From Chrysomallon squamiferum (taxonomy: Eukaryota; Animalia; Mollusca), in the NCBI GenBank assembly GCA_012295275.1, contig CM022667.1:11718001-11782000 (forward strand): a stretch of 64,000 nucleotides of DNA, in the 5' to 3' direction. Below, piece after piece: positions 56,714 to 64,000 of the stretch (position 1 is the stretch's first letter; every line of letters starts with the position of its first letter). The translations under genes were made by a program, and so were the position numbers. The notes below the pieces were generated by a model, which saw only the letters and a list, made by a program, of their open reading frames with translations, did not search any database and was not told where the DNA came from.

Positions 56714-59660
56714 GTATTGTTTGCATAATATATTTTAACCAGAAGCAGCTAGATATGAATGATGAATTATTATCATCTAGTGTATCCAAAATAAAAACTC
56801 TGCTAAAGTATAAAAACACTGATAAACTTCTCAGTGACTGAGAGTGTGTGTACACACATTTTTTATTTGTTTTATTTTTTTATTGCTATTTTTGTTGTTG
56901 ATTTGATTTGATTTGTTATTGCCTTTATGAATTTCATTGTGTCCAAATTTTCTTGCAAAATAGGTTTTATCTAACTGTTTTGTAATTGATTACAAAAAAT
57001 TGATTTAATGCATTGACTACCATTGAAATAAGTTACTGAAACTAAAATTTTGTTTTTACTAAATCATTTTGTATCCTTCACCTAAATTGTTTTAATCATA
57101 ATACTTTTATTCTTTTGAAAGCATTTAATTGCTAAATATTTGTATAAAACAAATTTAACTGATATCCTTTAACAGATGTTATAACAATAATTGGGCATAA
57201 TAATAAATAAAACTCTTTTGGATGATTACTGAAATAGAATCTAAATTAATTGATGTAACTAAAAAATAATTTAGTTTAATAATAAGAATGAGAACAATCT
57301 ATAAAGCAGTTTAGAAATAACAGACTGAAATGTTTTAAATTATATAAATGTGAGACCTTTGACTTACAGTTTTAAATAATATAAAATTATTTCCATATAT
57401 ACATGCTTACATTGCTTGGTTATGCTTTAAGATATGTAACCCTGTGAAAGATGAAAATTATTTTACATTTTATTATTTTGTTTTATCTTCCTGTTTACAT
57501 TTTCCTTAATTCTTGATTTTTTATTGACATTTTTACATATATTATTGTCATTGTATGTTATTATAATTATTATTATTATTATTTCATATATTATTTGAAA
57601 CACTGTGTGAAATCTCAAAATTATAAATATCCCGGTAAGAGCTCGAGATTAAAATGTTTTTAAAACAACTAAAATAAACAAGAACATTTTTACAATTTGA
57701 AGCACACACACATAAACACTCAAACAAACAAAAAATATGATGTAAAAGCACAAAAGTATAATTTGATATTTATTGTAAGCCATTTTTTTTTTTTTTGGTT
57801 TTGTTGATGTTTTTTTTCTACCTTTTCATTTTACACAAACTGGTATATAAATTTATTTTATTCTATTTTTTTTCATACTCAAAAATAAAAACTAATATTT
57901 AAATATATATATATATATTGAACAAGCTGATTTCAAAATTAATTTTATCAACAAGATAATATTAATGTTATCTTTATTTCTGCAACAACAGCTGTTTATT
58001 TAACTTTGAATATATTTTCCTGGTTATTTTTTTCACTTCTGCTGTGTTTAGTTTTAGACCTTTGTTAAATGGTAGTTGTTATTGGAGCTTTTTGTTTTGT
58101 CACTGTGACAGCTTGCTTTGTCTATTTATTCATTGCAATAAAACAATATCCTCTCTTTTATTTATTGGGTTGTTTTGTTTTGTTTTGTTTTATTATATTT
58201 TGTTTTGTTTTGTTTTGTTTTATTATATTTTGTTTTGTTTGTTTAAGGTTATTTTTAAAAAATTTATTTTTTTTATTTATTTTATATATACATATATTTT
58301 TTTATTATTATTATTATTTTTTTATTTAATTTTTTTATCGTTTAAATATTTTTTATTTTATTTTTTATTTATTATTATATATTTTTTTTATTAATTGTTT
58401 TTTGTTTTATTTATTTATTTATTTATTTATTATTTAGTTATTAGTCAACAATATTTTGGAATATGTGATCAGATATCAACGGTATTAATAATAAATATAT
58501 GGCTTAATTAGCTACTGTATGATAACATTATTTTTTATTTATTTATTGACTTACTTATTAACTTTATTTACTTCTTTCTTTTGTTATTTCTTTATTTTAT
58601 CATTTTAATTTAACTTGTTTATTTATATTATTAGTTTATTTCCTTAACTGTTTATTAGTATACGCAGCCTGTCGACATTTATAATTTATTATTATTCTTA
58701 ATGTGTTACGTTTACTGTGCAATAAAGAAAATTAAGTATACCCCACTCTTTTCAGAGATCAGACTTTACTATTTTACTATAAATCAGTTATTATCATTAT
58801 AATTATTGTTTTATACTTCATGGTGTAGTGTTCTGTAAAGTACCTGTGGGTTATATCATTGTTGTTTAATTTATTACTGGCAAGCAGCCTTTGGCAACAA
58901 TAAAGTTTTACTAAAGTTCTAAGATGTTTATATTTTGGTTTATATAATGCTTTATTTCATAGTTGGAAGGCAGAGACAGGAAAATTATGCAGGTTACTTC
59001 AGGAAAAAATGATGTATTTGTAAATAAGTTAAATTTTAATTTGCATGTGAATACATATTTATAAACAGTTGGCAGAATATACTCAGGGTTTCCTAGACCC
59101 GTTTATAAGTGGCATTAACAGTGACTTAAATACGGTACATTTAAAATTTCTTATCTGAAATGGAAAAAGATATCACCCAAAAATATCCCCACAAGATAAT
59201 GATAATAATAATAATAATAAATTTATAAACCTAAGACTGCATTCCTGTGCAGTAAAGTCGAAAGATATTTGAAAAAAAAAAAAAAAAAAAAAAAAGGCAT
59301 CCAGACGCATTCCGTTTTTTTTTGTTTTTTTTTGCTGTCAATGTTTTCTTCTTTATGTTACCTTGAAATTCATAATATAATAATAATAATAACAGTAACG
59401 ACCCCTCCTAGTACTGCCCTTGAATTTAAATAGTTGTTCTTGTCCTTTCGTTTTCTAACAGACTAAATTATAAATATGTCCCAGTTTTTTTCTGTTAAAC
59501 GTTTAACAAAATTAGCTTCTGCAGTTTATTAATGAAAAGTGTCGAGACGATTTTGTTTGTAAAATGTGTCTTCTAATTTCCAGCGCCAGACGTCTGCAGA
59601 ATGTCGAGTATGGTGATGCTTGAATGAGAATGTTGTACGAACGTTCACCCATTTGTCTTT

Positions 59661-59754
<94 letters not shown>

Positions 59755-60904
59755 GGGGGGGTGCGCGGTAGAAGTGTAAGAATACGTTTCAAAATATTTT
59801 GGCCTCTTTGTATAACAATTTCAGAATACAATCTCTGAAATATATATATATTAAAAAATGTCTTTCTTCCATTTAATATATTCAAGATATAGAAAATGCA
59901 GAAAAAACCCTGTTAATTAACCTGCAGTTTGAATTGAAATAATTATCCTGTCGAGTACATCTATTTATCTAATGCTAATGTTCCCCAACACAAAAAAAAC
60001 AGTCGTGGGATGTTACATATTACTGTTATGGTCTTTCAGCCTAGTTAGTTTTGGACAAAGCCTAATATTCTGGACAAGGCCCCAACAGATATTAATATCA
60101 AAGTTAATGTTTACCCAAAATGGGTTAAAATGCTGAGAGGAGATAAATTAGCTAATAAGTGTTTATCTCTGATGTTGTTGTCGTCGTGGTTTTGTTTGTT
60201 TGTTTGTTGTTGTTCTAATTGTTTACCCTTTGACAGAGTTACTGGATTACAGATACGTTTTAAAAATAACTGTATTGTTGTTGACGCGATGATTTATTTA
60301 TTTATTTATAGTAGTAGTAGTAGTAGTAGGAACCACTATCATCACATCGTCATCATCATTATCATCATCATCGTCATTATGATTGTTACTAGCAATAGTA
60401 ATAACCGTAACAGTAGTGGGGTAGTGGTAGTAATAGTAACTGTAGTACTAGTAGTTGTGGTAGTAGTAGTAGTAATAATAGTAACAGTAGTACTAGTAGT
60501 TGTAGTAGTAGTAGTAGTAGTAATAGTAATAACAGTAATATTAATAACCAGCTCCACCATCATCGTCATCATAATTAATATTAGTAGTAGTAGTAATAAT
60601 AGTAACAGTAGTACTAGTAGCTGTGGTAGTGGTAGTAGTAGAAGTAATAAGAACAACAGTAACAAAATTTAATACACTCTTGAAGAAAAGGTCACTACAG
60701 GAATGTAGGTTTAACCGTTAGGTGTAATAGATGACGTATACACGTTTGCCGTGTTGAATACAAATGAGAATTGTCGTCATACTGTCCAGGTAATAAATTA
60801 AGTAACTGCTGTATGGCGCACTGCGCCCCAGGCTCTACGTAAACTGTTTACGGAAAACAACGATATCGGGACACCAGAAATATTTAACATTATTATTTAT
60901 ATAT

Positions 60905-60938
<34 letters not shown>

Positions 60939-61642
60939 CTAAACGTTGTTGTTTTAGGGTTGAGACAAAAATAGCTACTGGGGTGGGGCGTTTTATTTCT
61001 AATTTTACTTTCTTTATTTTCTAAGGAATGCATGAATGAAAATAATAATAATAATAATAAAAATAACAACAACAACAAACAGAACAAGCACAAAAATTAA
61101 TAAATAAATTAATAATAAATAAAAAAATAATCAAATAATAAATAATAAATAAAAAAATAAATAATAATACTGTTATTTAATCCTTTACTTTTTCAGTTAC
61201 TATGTATCTATCTCAGCAACGTATCTCGCTTTGATAAAGATTCGATCCTTCAGCCATCTGCACCATACGATTTGGAAACACATATTATAAATTAAAACTG
61301 TGTATTACATATATTTCTCCGGGACTACTTCTCCTCTGAAAATAACTAAACAGATCTGTTGAATAATTTAATATAATTGATATACGTGTAGTCATTCAAA
61401 ATAATGAACACATGAAGACTTTGACAAATGCTTATAGATGACACACTTTTAAAAATAGCTGTGTCTGGAATGCGTTTAGTAAGTAATAACAATTTATTAT
61501 GTTAACAAGTCGGTTCTTCACATTTACTTATATACACACACATACATAAACACACACTCAAATATAAAAGTGACAACGTAATGTATTTCTATACATATGC
61601 ATACTAATGTACATAATATCATGCGTACACTTATACACCATA

Positions 61643-61678
<36 letters not shown>

Positions 61679-61885
61679 TGTACGTACGTACACACATAGC
61701 CTATGTACAAACATAGACATAGATAAATTACGTGCATTCACATGCAAACAACAAATCTTTTCATAACTATATATGAATATAAATAATGACATGCTTAAAC
61801 AAACTTAGACACACATTCATGAATACTTACACACATACATTTTTAAATACATACATACATACATACTTACAAAAATACATACATA

Positions 61886-61943
<58 letters not shown>

Positions 61944-62060
61944 ACATACATATTCTTGGTCCTTTTCCGGCCCTGAATACAGATATACATTTATACAGTT
62001 ATAATATTTTACAATGATATATTACATAACTAATACACTTTCTCGTATAAATATGCTTAA

Positions 62061-63095
62061 TCATGATTCGCCAGCACGCCTTGAAATTTCAACCCATGCT
62101 TGGTCAGTCTCGTTTTCACATCTCGTCTGCTTCCTCGTCATTTTTTTAATTCCAAAAACATGCAGGGCAGCTCTTCTGAACGTCCTGCTGCTCAGAGTGA
62201 AAAAGGTTATGTCCAGCGCATAGCTGCTCATGGACACAATGTCGGCCACTAGAAACGGCAAAGACGTTATGTAATAACTCGGCCATCGTCCCTGAAGACT
62301 CTCCGTTTTGTGGCCTTGCACGTAATGTCCGTACTTTGAGATGTGAATGAGGGCGTAAAGCAGTTCTCCGACCGCCAGGTGCAGAGAAACAAAATGGAAG
62401 GTCTTGTTGAAGTGCGTCTTAGCCTTTCTCATGGATCGGCCGTAGGCCAGGCTTTTCTGCCTCGTTATTTTCACGGCATTCCACACCAAAGCGTTCATGA
62501 CGATAATTATAATCACCGGTAATATAAACAGAAGAACTAAAACCGCGTACCCGTACACGAAGCTGTAAACCGGGTCCACTCCTTTTCTCAGAGTGCAGAT
62601 TTGTCTCTCGTCGTCCAAAGCCCAGAAGTATCCTTCCAACGAACTCGCCATTAACGCCAGCAACGCTAACGAACATATTACTTTCCAAATCTTACCGTAG
62701 GTTATTTTATAATCCTTCAGCGGACGACAGATGGAGAGGTACTGCTCCACGGACATGCCGACAACGAGGAAAATGGCGAAGATCTGAACGGCGAAAAAGA
62801 AGATGTGCAGCATTTGACAAACGACGTCGACGTAGATGGAGTGTTTCTCGATGCTGTGGGTTATGAGCACCAGGGTGTCGGCGACGCAGATGGCGATGAA
62901 GAAGCAGATAGGTGGCGCTCTGTTTTTCGTGTGGATCCACACGATCAAAGATATGATATTGCCGAGAAAACCCAAAGCGTAGATTATACGGTAGACGTAC
63001 GTGTGTACAATGTACTCGAAGATCTGGTCTGGTGATTTGTGAAAATTCTCTGACGACCCGTTCGGGGTTAGGTTCATGAAAATGGTTCCTTCCAT
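62061..63095 (-). CDS. Rhodopsin-like (class A) GPCR of the invertebrate FMRFamide/sex-peptide-receptor-like orphan group; uninterrupted CDS, 344 aa
   Basis: Seven hydrophobic segments; TM1 GFLGN, TM2 ICVAD, TM3 Cys (VVCQ) and SVEQYLSICRPL, ECL2 Cys (QICT), TM5 ILP, helix-8 SRTFR; N-terminal NGS sequon; tttag| acceptor at 63120 with an in-frame TGA before the ATG. Confidence 0.92.
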   Translation of the reverse strand: MEGTIFMNLTPNGSSENFHKSPDQIFEYIVHTYVYRIIYALGFLGNIISLIVWIHTKNRAPPICFFIAICVADTLVLITHSIEKHSIYVDVVCQMLHIFFFAVQIFAIFLVVGMSVEQYLSICRPLKDYKITYGKIWKVICSLALLALMASSLEGYFWALDDERQICTLRKGVDPVYSFVYGYAVLVLLFILPVIIIIVMNALVWNAVKITRQKSLAYGRSMRKAKTHFNKTFHFVSLHLAVGELLYALIHISKYGHYVQGHKTESLQGRWPSYYITSLPFLVADIVSMSSYALDITFFTLSSRTFRRAALHVFGIKKMTRKQTRCENETDQAWVEISRRAGES

Positions 63096-63182
63096 TAGAA
63101 AATATCTTCTTCACTCAGTCTAAAATATAAATAAATAAATAAATAAATAAATATTAATAAATTATAATAAATAAATAAATAA

Positions 63183-63222
<40 letters not shown>

Positions 63223-64000
63223 TAAAATAAATAAAATAATAATAATAAATAATAATAATAATAATTATAAATAAACAAATAAACAAACAAACAAATTAAT
63301 TAATTAAAATAATTAGTTGCTAATACACTTACTAAATTATACAGTTTGTTTAAACGTTTTCTGCTGTTGTTACAAACATAAAATACCGACAGTTACTGCA
63401 ATTCGGCATTTAATTTTATACGTTTTTCTGGACAAAACCGAAAACTATAGTTTATTTCTTTTCCTTTAATGCAACAACCTCATACCTGAACGAATTTACT
63501 TCAGTAAGGTTACATATGTACTGTGGTAAGAGTAATGGTTCAGTTGTTTGATTTATAATTCTTCCATCTTGTTTTGGGTAAAGCACGCAATTCGGATCGT
63601 CCTCTGAGCTGTCTGTAGAGGTTATGTCAATAAGAAATGTGTTTTGGTTAAAACAGTGTATGAAATTAAATATTACTCTTCTTCTCAAACTGGGTCAATT
63701 TGTTTCTTTCATTCGAAAATTGGGACAATGAATTGGTTTGGCTTCATCTGCTAGTTTCTCGATCATAGCCTCAAAAGCAGCATTTATTTTTTCGTATATG
63801 CACACATACTTATGTATTTAAAGCAAATATTCGTACATATGGACATATACAAATACACATATATATGCATACACACATACACACATATACAGACACACAG
63901 ATAACTATTTACATACATACATATATGCATACAAAAATATATATGCATATATGTATATATGTATGTATATATGAATATATATTTAGTATACATATGTATG

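Larger units (their letters stand above)
44127..59043 (+). repeat. Head-to-tail tandem duplication: copy 1 44127-51479, copy 2 51480-59043; contains PNP exons 4-6 and 3' flank
   Basis: tggtattgtcagactcac starts at both 44127 and 51480; taagttaaattttaatttg ends at both 51479 and 59043; near-identical throughout except scattered SNPs, homopolymer indels and a 213-bp indel (56785-56997). Confidence 0.97.

Noticed and set aside
62419-63114. Overlapping ORFs 62419-62688, 62707-63114 and 62805-63035; likewise 11386-11643 and 32898-33272
   Set aside because: Shadow frames of GC-rich real coding exons.

Overview
AT-rich, microsatellite-dense, intron-containing eukaryotic DNA. It looks like an invertebrate, possibly a mollusc, but that is inference only. 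Almost all ORFs in the supplied track are translations of simple repeats. Reading exons by hand gives four genes: (1) the last three coding exons of an RGK-family (Rad/Rem/Gem-like) small GTPase on + (5885-11688); (2) a complete 3-exon, 147-aa PX-domain-only protein on - (30537-33121), resembling PXDC1 and the p47phox-type PX; (3) purine nucleoside phosphorylase on + (42433-47514), with a second candidate first exon at 37137-37198, a 1-nt deficit in exon 2, and a head-to-tail ~7.4-kb duplication of its 3' half (44127-51479 / 51480-59043); (4) a class A GPCR on - (62061-63095) with an uninterrupted CDS and degenerate activation motifs. Other notable patterns are intronic repeats that copy PNP's own splice sites, a CpG-depleted domain over PNP, CRE-motif clusters around the RGK gene, and an orphan promoter/exon-like signal at 13.2-14.2 kb. 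I found no prokaryotic, CRISPR, rRNA, tRNA or intact transposon signal, and no convincing wholly new multi-gene system.
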